Both the position numbers and the translations under genes were made by a program. Positions 15,136 through 22,323 of a stretch of 32,716 bases of DNA are shown here, in pieces. Source of the stretch: Candidatus Saccharimonadales bacterium (GTDB lineage Bacteria > Patescibacteriota > Saccharimonadia > Saccharimonadales > UBA10212); contig JBEKOJ010000001.1 in NCBI GenBank assembly GCA_049521895.1, forward strand, positions 1 to 32,716, given 5' to 3'. The notes under the pieces are model-generated. The model had not been told where the DNA came from. It did not search any database and saw nothing but the letters and a program-made list of their open reading frames with translations. Each line of letters opens with the position of its first letter. The first letter of the stretch is position 1.

Positions 15136-15264
15136 GGAGGGATCGTTATCTTTTGTGCTTCCTTTGCGCCTCCAACGCAAGGAGTTTTTCCAGATAGGCA
15201 AGAATGCAGTCATGCCTATCAAGGCAACGATTATCCATGCTATGACTTCGTCTGCACGACTCAT
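15121..15264 (-). CDS. Small membrane protein, 47 aa, one TM plus a basic tail
   Basis: MSRADEVIAWIIVALIGMTAFLPIWKNSLRWRRKG.... SD GGGAGGGG lies 5 nt upstream of ATG 15264. This is the third ORF of a minus-strand trio. Confidence 0.55.
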   Translation of the reverse strand: MSRADEVIAWIIVALIGMTAFLPIWKNSLRWRRKGSTKDNDPSEKTG

Positions 15265-15281
15265 CTTTGCCCCTCCCAGGC

Positions 15282-15446
15282 TTATCTGAATAGTATCCAG
15301 GTATAGCCGTAACCGATCGCTGCAGCGAATGCGAACACCGTCATGATGCTCGCGATCGCCCTTACGACCCACCGCAAAAGTGGGCTGTAGCCCCAAGCTA
15401 CAATGATCATTACCGCCGCGATTGCTGCGAGTACCACGAGATTCAT
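15282..15446 (-). CDS. Small membrane protein, 54 aa, two TM (below the ORF-track length cutoff)
   Basis: Hand translation gives MNLVVLAAIAAVMIIVAWGYSPLLRWVVRAIASIMTVFAFAAAIGYGYTWILFR*. SD AAAGGAG lies 7 nt upstream of ATG 15446. Confidence 0.55.
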   Translation of the reverse strand: MNLVVLAAIAAVMIIVAWGYSPLLRWVVRAIASIMTVFAFAAAIGYGYTWILFR

Positions 15447-15480
15447 CGGACGGCTCCTTTCATATCCGGCTTTTCAACCG

Positions 15481-15813
15481 CTAGCTCTTGATGGCCCCAG
15501 TCAAGCAGATTATGACCAGGAAGATCAAGATTACGACTGCGAGCCTTGCATGCACTTGTTGGTGTTCAGAAACCCCCGGTGCTCGACACAGCTTCCAACT
15601 TTCCCAGGCCGAGCCCCCGAAGACAGCGGCAAGAGAAAACCCGACGATACTGGCTTCGTCAAGCGAGCTCGATCGGCGGAAGAGATATAGGCTGCCGCCG
15701 AGCGCGCTCAGCGCGAGAATGCGGTAAACCCGTCTCTTACTAGCGAGCTGGTTGTACTGCGAGATTACTGCGCAGCCTACTGCTACGGGCAATAGTACGA
15801 CTGCCGCGATCAT
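15481..15813 (-). CDS. Small membrane protein, 110 aa, about four TM
   Basis: SD GGAGGAGG lies just upstream of ATG 15813. Four hydrophobic segments are present. No family was recognised. Confidence 0.55.
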   Translation of the reverse strand: MIAAVVLLPVAVGCAVISQYNQLASKRRVYRILALSALGGSLYLFRRSSSLDEASIVGFSLAAVFGGSAWESWKLCRAPGVSEHQQVHARLAVVILIFLVIICLTGAIKS

Positions 15814-15925
15814 TGCCTCCTCCGAAATGTTTAGGTGCGGACCGACGGGCCCGCACGGTTAGTCCATCAGTGACTAGCAAATTATAACACCTAAACGTCT
15901 ATTTTTCAACTGCGACAAAGTATTG

Positions 15926-15931
15926 TACAAT
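15926..15931 (+). promoter_or_regulatory. -10 box TACAAT (preceded by TG) 6 nt upstream of the frr ATG; leaderless geometry
   Basis: TGTACAAT-TAACTC-ATG with no SD. Confidence 0.5.
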
Positions 15932-15937
15932 TAACTC

Positions 15938-16501
15938 ATGAATCCTGGTCAGGTATTAACGGAAACCAAAACCAAACTGACAATTGCCACGGAACACTTT
16001 AAGCAAGATATTGGTAAGATCCGCACCGGCCGGGCCCATTCGGGTATGCTGGACGGCGTTATGGTAGAAGTTTACGGCCAGCCGATGATGCTAAAAGCCG
16101 TGGCGTCCATCAGCGTGCCGGAACCACAACTGCTGCAAATTAGCCCGTTTGACCCAAATAATCTAAAGGCTATCGCCGATGCTATTCGCGACAACCAAGC
16201 TCTAGGCTTGACGCCTACCGACGACGGCCGGGTAGTGCGTATTAGCGTACCGCCGCTGACCGCCGAGACCAGACAGCAGATGGCTAAGATCCTCAGTCAA
16301 AAAGTAGAAGACTGCATGATTGGCGTACGCAATATCCGCCACGAGGCTATCCGCCGTGCCGAGCAGGCCGAAAGGGATAAACAGATCAGCAAAGACGAGC
16401 GGTTTAATTTCGAAAAACAAATAGATGAAATGTTGGCCAAGCAAAAGACTGAAATTGACGTCTTGGCCAAGACCAAAGAGAGCGAGATACTCTCGCTCTA
16501 A
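15938..16501 (+). CDS. frr: Ribosome recycling factor
   Basis: Full-length RRF (KIRTGRAHSGMLDGV, ISPFD, RNIRHEA). Confidence 0.95.
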   Translation: MNPGQVLTETKTKLTIATEHFKQDIGKIRTGRAHSGMLDGVMVEVYGQPMMLKAVASISVPEPQLLQISPFDPNNLKAIADAIRDNQALGLTPTDDGRVVRISVPPLTAETRQQMAKILSQKVEDCMIGVRNIRHEAIRRAEQAERDKQISKDERFNFEKQIDEMLAKQKTEIDVLAKTKESEILSL

Positions 16502-16632
16502 ATTCCTAATTACTCTAATTACTCTAATTGCACTAAGTAAGCCCCAATAATCTAATGGCTCAAACCATTTGGTAGGTTGGTGCTTTAGTCATTATTTAGG
16601 TCAATTAGAAATCATGTCAATTAGGTCAATTC
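16499..16632. repeat. 9-nt phased TAATT word array (x4) facing an inverted TTAGGTCAA array, around a central imperfect hairpin
   Basis: The first array is TAATTACTC (16508), TAATTACTC (16517), TAATTGCAC (16526) and TAAGTAAGC (16535). TTAGGTCAA occurs at 16597 and 16621. Confidence 0.65.
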
Positions 16633-16662
16633 ACGCCCGTTTAACCTGTTATACTTGAGTTA

Positions 16663-17853
16663 ATGCAAATTCTTTTGTTTATCTTGGCTATCGTGCTGTT
16701 TATCGGCTTGGTAATTGCGCATGAATGGGGGCACTACATTGCCGCCAGAAAAAATGGCGTTGACGTGGAGGAATTCGGCCTGGGGATTCCGCCCAGAGCA
16801 TGGGGCAAGAAGCTCAAGAATGGCGTACTTCTAAGTGTTAACTGGTTGCCGTTGGGCGGTTTTGTCAAACTTAAAGGCGAGCATGATGCCGATGTCCGTA
16901 AAGGCAGTTTTGGCGCAGCCTCGCTTGGCGCTAAATCTAAGATTTTGTTGGCCGGGGTTTCTATAAACTTGCTGGTCGGCCTGATACTGTTAACAATTTT
17001 GGCGGTCAGCGGCATGCCCAAACTGCTGGACAAGAATTATGGTGCGCCGGCTAACCAATTCACGGTCGCCAGCGATACTAGAGTATCCAAACAGGAGGTA
17101 TTAGTCGGTACGGTGCAAGCCGGTTCGCCGGCCGCCAGCTTGAAGCTGGGTAGCAGTGACGTTATAAAAACTATGAGCAGCAGCAACAGCGTCCGCCAAA
17201 TTAATTCTGTCCAAAGCTTACAAAGCGCCACCAGCGCTTTTGCCGGCAAAACGGTGGCCATAACCTATCAGCACAACAGCAAAACCTTTACCAAAAACGT
17301 AAAGTTGCGCAGCCGCGCCGAGGTAAAAGCCAGCCTTAAGACCGCCAGTCCAAAGGGTTATTTAGGTGTTAGCCCGGTCCAATTGCAAATCCGCCGCAGT
17401 ACTTGGAGCGCGCCAGTGGTCGCCGTGGGCTTTACCGGCCAGCTGTGTGTGTTGACAGCGCAGGGCTTGTGGCATGCTATGGCCGGACTGGGCTCGCTGA
17501 TAGCCGGTACAGTTACCGGTAACCATGCCGCACGCGAGAATGGTCAGACCCAGGCCAGCTCGCAGGTTGGCGGTCCAGTGGCCATCGGCGCCATTCTATG
17601 GGGCTATAGTTATTTGGGTATTAGTTTTGTGCTGATGATAATCGCTGTCATATCGTTGTTGCTGGCGCTGATGAACGTGCTGCCCATTCCAGCGCTGGAC
17701 GGCGGCCGTTTATTTATGATTTTGGTCTCGCGCGGCATTTTTAAGCGGCCGCTGCAAAAGGCGACGGAGGAAAGGGCGGTGGCTACCGGCATGGCCGTTT
17801 TACTACTGTTAATAACTCTTATAACTATTGTTGATGTCAAAAGATTCTTCTAA
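16663..17853 (+). CDS. rseP: RseP/RIP site-2 metalloprotease (M50) with a PDZ domain
   Basis: Contains HEWGH in TM1 and NVLPIPALDGG near the C-terminus. The -10 TATACT (16650-16655) lies 7 nt upstream of the ATG. Confidence 0.92.
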   Translation: MQILLFILAIVLFIGLVIAHEWGHYIAARKNGVDVEEFGLGIPPRAWGKKLKNGVLLSVNWLPLGGFVKLKGEHDADVRKGSFGAASLGAKSKILLAGVSINLLVGLILLTILAVSGMPKLLDKNYGAPANQFTVASDTRVSKQEVLVGTVQAGSPAASLKLGSSDVIKTMSSSNSVRQINSVQSLQSATSAFAGKTVAITYQHNSKTFTKNVKLRSRAEVKASLKTASPKGYLGVSPVQLQIRRSTWSAPVVAVGFTGQLCVLTAQGLWHAMAGLGSLIAGTVTGNHAARENGQTQASSQVGGPVAIGAILWGYSYLGISFVLMIIAVISLLLALMNVLPIPALDGGRLFMILVSRGIFKRPLQKATEERAVATGMAVLLLLITLITIVDVKRFF

Positions 17854-18730
17854 TCTGGATTCGCAAGAATTGCCTCAGATGAGGCGGAAAGAAGGCACAT
17901 TACTGCCCGGATCCCAGTCTGGCAGCAGAGGACGGTGGAAGGTCGTTATACACAGTAGAATCCGAGGTACTTCAAAAACCCAGCAATTTCCCAGAAATTT
18001 TGGGACGGTATGGCGGGTAATTTTAAATGTGCTGGTGATTTTTATCATCAGCCAGCTAATCGCTGTTTTTATCGTAGAGTTTTTCTTAGGATTCTTACAC
18101 TCAGGCACCAATCTCACCAATGATTTAAACAACTCCGCACCGGCACAATTCTTTTATCTCCTGATTGCTGAAGGTCTGGCCGTGGCTTTTGTGCTGAGCA
18201 TTATCAGGCGCAGAGGTCTGAAATTGATAGCCATAGGCTTGGGGCGTAAACCGGCTTGGCGTGACCTGCGACGCGGGCTAATTGGCTTTGCAGCTTTTTA
18301 TGGTTTGTTGATAATCGCCACGGTTATTATATCGGCGCTGTTTCCTGGCTTTAATACCAACCAAACCCAGAATGTCGGTTTTAATTCTCTGAACTCAAAT
18401 CTTGATCAAGTGTTAGCCTTCGCCGCGCTGGTGGTCTTGCCACCCCTAGGGGAAGAAACCCTGGTCCGCGGTTATCTATATTCAGCCCTACGGTCGCATT
18501 GGAAATTCATTCCGGCTATGCTGGTTACCAGCTTACTTTTTGGTCTGGCCCATCTACAATTGGGCGACGGCGCAGCTGCGCTGTGGGCTGCCGGGCTGGA
18601 TACTTTTGTGCTATCGCTGATCCTGGTTTACCTGCGAGAGACTACCGGCGCACTGTACGCCGGTATGCTGGTACATAGCCTCAATAACGTTATTGCTTTC
18701 GGTGTCCACTTTCATGGAGTGCTATTCTAG
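17834..18730 (+). CDS. CPBP-family intramembrane glutamic endopeptidase (CAAX protease-like)
   Basis: Contains EETLVRGYLY, FGLAH and HSLNN motifs. The start is uncertain (TTG 17828, ATG 17834 or ATG 17879). Overlaps the end of rseP. Confidence 0.8.
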   Translation: MSKDSSNLDSQELPQMRRKEGTLLPGSQSGSRGRWKVVIHSRIRGTSKTQQFPRNFGTVWRVILNVLVIFIISQLIAVFIVEFFLGFLHSGTNLTNDLNNSAPAQFFYLLIAEGLAVAFVLSIIRRRGLKLIAIGLGRKPAWRDLRRGLIGFAAFYGLLIIATVIISALFPGFNTNQTQNVGFNSLNSNLDQVLAFAALVVLPPLGEETLVRGYLYSALRSHWKFIPAMLVTSLLFGLAHLQLGDGAAALWAAGLDTFVLSLILVYLRETTGALYAGMLVHSLNNVIAFGVHFHGVLF

Positions 18731-18807
18731 TTTTTAGTTGTTAGTTTATAGTTTATAGTTAACTAAAGATCCTAAAACCTATAAACTGTAACCTATAAAC
18801 TATTTTT
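18731..18807. repeat. Opposed word arrays forming an AU-rich hairpin that abuts the proS ATG. One arm is TAGTTnn heptads x4. The other arm is the 14-mer CCTATAAACTnTnn x2
   Basis: The heptads span 18735-18762. The 14-mers lie at 18778-18791 and 18792-18805. Confidence 0.65.
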
Positions 18808-20070
18808 ATGAGACGTTCACAACTATTCATTAAGACTCGCAAGGAGGCGCCGGCTGACGAAACATCCCGCAACGCCCAGCTGCTAATGCGCGCCGGCTTT
18901 ATCCATAAAGAAATGGCCGGGGTTTATAGTTATTTGCCCCTGGGTATGCGCGTGATCGAAAATATCAAACAGATTGTGCGCGAAGAAATGGACGCCATTG
19001 GTGGCCAGGAGCTTATTTTAAGTACACTGCAACACCCGCACATCTGGAAATCCACTGACCGCTGGGATGATAGCAAGGTAGACGTTTGGTTTAAGGCGGC
19101 CCTGGGGGATGATTCCGAAGTAGGCTTTGGCTGGAGCCACGAAGAGCCAATGACCCGCTTGATGACCCAGTTCGTTAGCTCTTATAAAGATTTACCGGTT
19201 TACGCCTACCAGTTCCAGACCAAACTGCGCCGCGAGCTGCGCGCCAAGTCCGGTTTACTACGCGGCCGTGAGTTTATCATGAAAGACCTCTATAGTTTTA
19301 GCCGCGGCCGGCAGGAGCATGACAAGTTTTATCAGCAGATCACGGATTCTTATATGAAAATATACAATCGCTTGAACATCGGTGATATTACCTATAAGAC
19401 TATGGCTGGTGGTGGCCCATTTAGCAAATTCAGCCATGAATTCCAAACTATCACCGATGTTGGAGAAGATACGATTTACCTTAGTGAAGCCAAAAAACTT
19501 GCGATTAACCAGGAGGTAATGAGTGATGAAGTCTTGGCTGACCTAGACCTAAACAGGGAAGAACTAGTTGAGAGAAAAGCTGAAGAAGTTGGTAATATCT
19601 TTACTTTCGGTTCGCGCTACAGCGAGCCGCTCGGTCTATTTTATGCCGATGAGAAGGGCGTGCAACAGCCAGTATTTGCCGGCAGCTACGGCATTGGTAT
19701 CAGCCGCCTGATGGGTCTGCTGGCCGAGCTGTTTGCCGATGAGCGTGGCTTGGTCTGGCCATCAGTCATAGCGCCATTTGTCGTCTATTTAGTACGTCTG
19801 GGCAATGAGCCAACAGTGGCAGAGGCGGCTGATAAGCTTTATTCTCAGTTGACAGACAGCAACATTGGAGTAATATATGATGACCGTGACGAGCGCGCGG
19901 GCGAAAAATTTGCCGATGCCGACCTCATGGGCATACCCGTCCGCATCGTAATAAGTGATAAGACTGTCGCCGATAACACTTATGAGCTTAAGAAACGCAG
20001 CAAAAATGATACCGAAAACGTACCACAGGATCAACTCCAAAAAGTACTAGCCAGCCTCATCAACGGTTGA
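18808..20070 (+). CDS. proS: Prolyl-tRNA synthetase, short form lacking the INS editing domain
   Basis: Bacterial-type ProRS N-terminus (NAQLLMRAGFI..GVYSYLPLG), class II motifs and an anticodon-binding domain. Only 420 aa. Confidence 0.92.
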   Translation: MRRSQLFIKTRKEAPADETSRNAQLLMRAGFIHKEMAGVYSYLPLGMRVIENIKQIVREEMDAIGGQELILSTLQHPHIWKSTDRWDDSKVDVWFKAALGDDSEVGFGWSHEEPMTRLMTQFVSSYKDLPVYAYQFQTKLRRELRAKSGLLRGREFIMKDLYSFSRGRQEHDKFYQQITDSYMKIYNRLNIGDITYKTMAGGGPFSKFSHEFQTITDVGEDTIYLSEAKKLAINQEVMSDEVLADLDLNREELVERKAEEVGNIFTFGSRYSEPLGLFYADEKGVQQPVFAGSYGIGISRLMGLLAELFADERGLVWPSVIAPFVVYLVRLGNEPTVAEAADKLYSQLTDSNIGVIYDDRDERAGEKFADADLMGIPVRIVISDKTVADNTYELKKRSKNDTENVPQDQLQKVLASLING

Positions 20071-20126
20071 TATAATTTTCAAACCTCGGGTCATATTAAT
20101 AAGATAAGGTAAGTAATCTAAAAGCA

Positions 20127-20591
20127 ATGTTTAGGGTGAAAAAACTATTCCATTTAACCCAGCCGGGCATAGATGAGCTCAAGGAAGAGCATAAAAGCTT
20201 GGTAGCCCAACGCGCCGGAGTTGCTAACCGTATCCGTTCTGCGCGCGAACTGGGCGATTTATCAGAAAACGCCGAATATCAGACTGCCCGCGAAGAGCAG
20301 GACCGGCTGGAAGCCCGCATCAGCGAACTGGAGCATATACTGCAAAACGCTAAAATAATCTCTAAGCCCAAAAACAATGGCATAGTTAAGCTTGGCTCTA
20401 TCGTTGAACTCAAAGCTGCCGCCAAAAACCAAAAATTCCAGGTGGTTGGCACTATGGAAGCTGACCCGCTGAGCGGTAAGATTAGCGACGAATCACCAAT
20501 CGGCCAGGCATTGCTCGGTAAAAAAGTCGGTGACAGGGTCGAGATCAAGAACTCTAAAACCGTTGTCTACAAGATCGTAAAAATCTCCTAG
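20127..20591 (+). CDS. greA: Transcription elongation factor GreA
   Basis: DLSENAEYQTAREEQ coiled-coil and a C-terminal FKBP-like domain (SPIGQALLGKKVGD). Confidence 0.92.
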   Translation: MFRVKKLFHLTQPGIDELKEEHKSLVAQRAGVANRIRSARELGDLSENAEYQTAREEQDRLEARISELEHILQNAKIISKPKNNGIVKLGSIVELKAAAKNQKFQVVGTMEADPLSGKISDESPIGQALLGKKVGDRVEIKNSKTVVYKIVKIS

Positions 20592-20610
20592 TTCATTGAT
20601 GATTTAGATT

Positions 20611-20739
20611 TCTCATTTAACATTTAACAGTTTTCATTTAGGTTTGCACTTACCATTTTCCGCTGCAGAGCAGGATATCCGGTAAACACCACCTGATAAA
20701 TAAATGTGAAATGTGAACCGGTAAATGTAAAATGTAATT
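20611..20739. repeat. Opposed heptad arrays around a central palindromic segment. One arm is CAnTTnn x4. The other arm is AAATGTn x4
   Basis: 20614-20641 reads CATTTAA CATTTAA CAGTTTT CATTTAG. 20702-20736 reads AAATGTG AAATGTG AACCGGT AAATGTA AAATGTA. Confidence 0.65.
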
Positions 20740-22269
20740 ATGCAGTGGCTTAACGAAGTCGTTGATGAAATAGTAGGCCGATTTCCTGAAGGTGATATCT
20801 TAATTGAATCTGGTGGGTCACCATCGGGCGTGCACCACCTAGGACATTTACGCGAACTTATTACATCAGACGCATTGATGTTGGAGCTACAGCAGCGCGG
20901 GCGGCAAACGCGCCACATCTACTATGCGGATGATCTTGACGGACTTAGAAAAATCCCTGTTAACGTGCCCGCAAATTTTGAGAAATATCTCGGCCGGCCC
21001 CTGTGCGATATACCTTCGCCTGACGGCTCCTCTAGCTCCTATGCCGATCATTTCTTGCAAGGGCTAATTGATACCGCCAAAGCGCTGGGTATGGAAATTG
21101 AATTTATTCATAGTAGCAAAAAATACCGCGCCGGATTTTTTACCGAAGCGATTGAAAAAGCCCTGGATAATATTGAGCCGATCCATCAGGCGCTAGAAAA
21201 TATATCCGGCCACAAACTGGGCGACGAGTGGTCGCCCATCCAGATTAACGAAGGCGGCTATCTAAAAAAGCGCCGGTTTGTAAGCATTGATAAAGCCAGC
21301 AAAACCGTTGCCTACGAGGACTTAAGCGGACAGCAACAGTCCATAAGCTATAGCAGCGGCGACGTTAAGCTCGATTGGCGAATTGACTGGCCAGCCCGCT
21401 GGTGGCTACTGAAAGTGAATGTTGAGCCCTTTGGCCGCGACCATGCCACCAAAGGCGGCAGCTACGATACCGGCGCCGCTATTATCAAAGATGTTTATGG
21501 TGCCGATCCACCCTTGGCGGTACCATACGATTTTGTAAATTTAGCTGGCGATAGCAAAAAAATGAGCGCCAGCAAGGGAACTGGCTTGGACGCCGAGGGT
21601 GTCGTGAAGGTCCTGCCGCCGGAAATCGTGCGTTTCTTCATGTTACGCTACCCGCCTTCAAAAAGACTATACTTCGACCCCGAAAACGGCGTTTCGCAGC
21701 TGATCGATGATTTCGCTGCGCTCTTAGCCAAGAAAGATAAAACCAAAGACGAGCAGCAACTGGTTGATATATGCAATCACGGCATCAACCCAACCGTTAG
21801 CACGATACCTTTCTCCCACCTAACGGCGAGCTATCAAGCTAGCCTAAAAGACCCTGTTAAGACGATAGATTTTCTGCGCCGCACAGAACCTGATGGAATC
21901 TCCGGACCCGAGCAAGAAATTATCAAAGATCAGCTGATTTTTATTGACCAGTGGCTTGAGAAGTGGGCGCCGGATGACGTTAAGTTTGAGCTGGCCGAAA
22001 AAGTTGATGCTGATAAGTTCAACGATGCTGAAAAATCGCTTCTAAGTAGTCTAGCCGATAAAATCGCTAGCGCGCCGGCTGATGCTGACGGCGAATGGTT
22101 CCACAAAGCAATTTACGACCTCAAAGAAAGCGGCGGCTTAACCCCCGAGCAGGTATTTGAACCTCTTTATAGAGCACTGATCGGCAAGGACAGCGGCCCG
22201 CGCGCCGGCTGGTTTTTGTCCATCCTGCCCCGCGACTGGCTTGCCAAACGTCTGAAGCTCGAAGCTTGA
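20740..22269 (+). CDS. lysK: Class I lysyl-tRNA synthetase
   Basis: HIGH-like motif SGVHHLGHLRE and KMSKS-like motif KMSASKG. Length and architecture match class I LysRS. The -10 TAAAAT (20728-20733) lies 6 nt upstream of the ATG. Confidence 0.88.
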   Translation: MQWLNEVVDEIVGRFPEGDILIESGGSPSGVHHLGHLRELITSDALMLELQQRGRQTRHIYYADDLDGLRKIPVNVPANFEKYLGRPLCDIPSPDGSSSSYADHFLQGLIDTAKALGMEIEFIHSSKKYRAGFFTEAIEKALDNIEPIHQALENISGHKLGDEWSPIQINEGGYLKKRRFVSIDKASKTVAYEDLSGQQQSISYSSGDVKLDWRIDWPARWWLLKVNVEPFGRDHATKGGSYDTGAAIIKDVYGADPPLAVPYDFVNLAGDSKKMSASKGTGLDAEGVVKVLPPEIVRFFMLRYPPSKRLYFDPENGVSQLIDDFAALLAKKDKTKDEQQLVDICNHGINPTVSTIPFSHLTASYQASLKDPVKTIDFLRRTEPDGISGPEQEIIKDQLIFIDQWLEKWAPDDVKFELAEKVDADKFNDAEKSLLSSLADKIASAPADADGEWFHKAIYDLKESGGLTPEQVFEPLYRALIGKDSGPRAGWFLSILPRDWLAKRLKLEA

Positions 22270-22323
22270 TTTTAACAGCGATAAGGTGTATAAATTAACT
22301 CTAGAAACAGCTAAAACAAAAAT

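Noticed and set aside
15004-15690. Plus-strand ORFs 15004..15306 and 15403..15690, plus 15488..15727 and 15546..15743, in the tsf-frr gap.
   Set aside because: They have no SD or promoter-proximal start and a Cys/Arg/Pro-rich shadow-like composition. The minus-strand frames each have a strong SD and coherent transmembrane segments.
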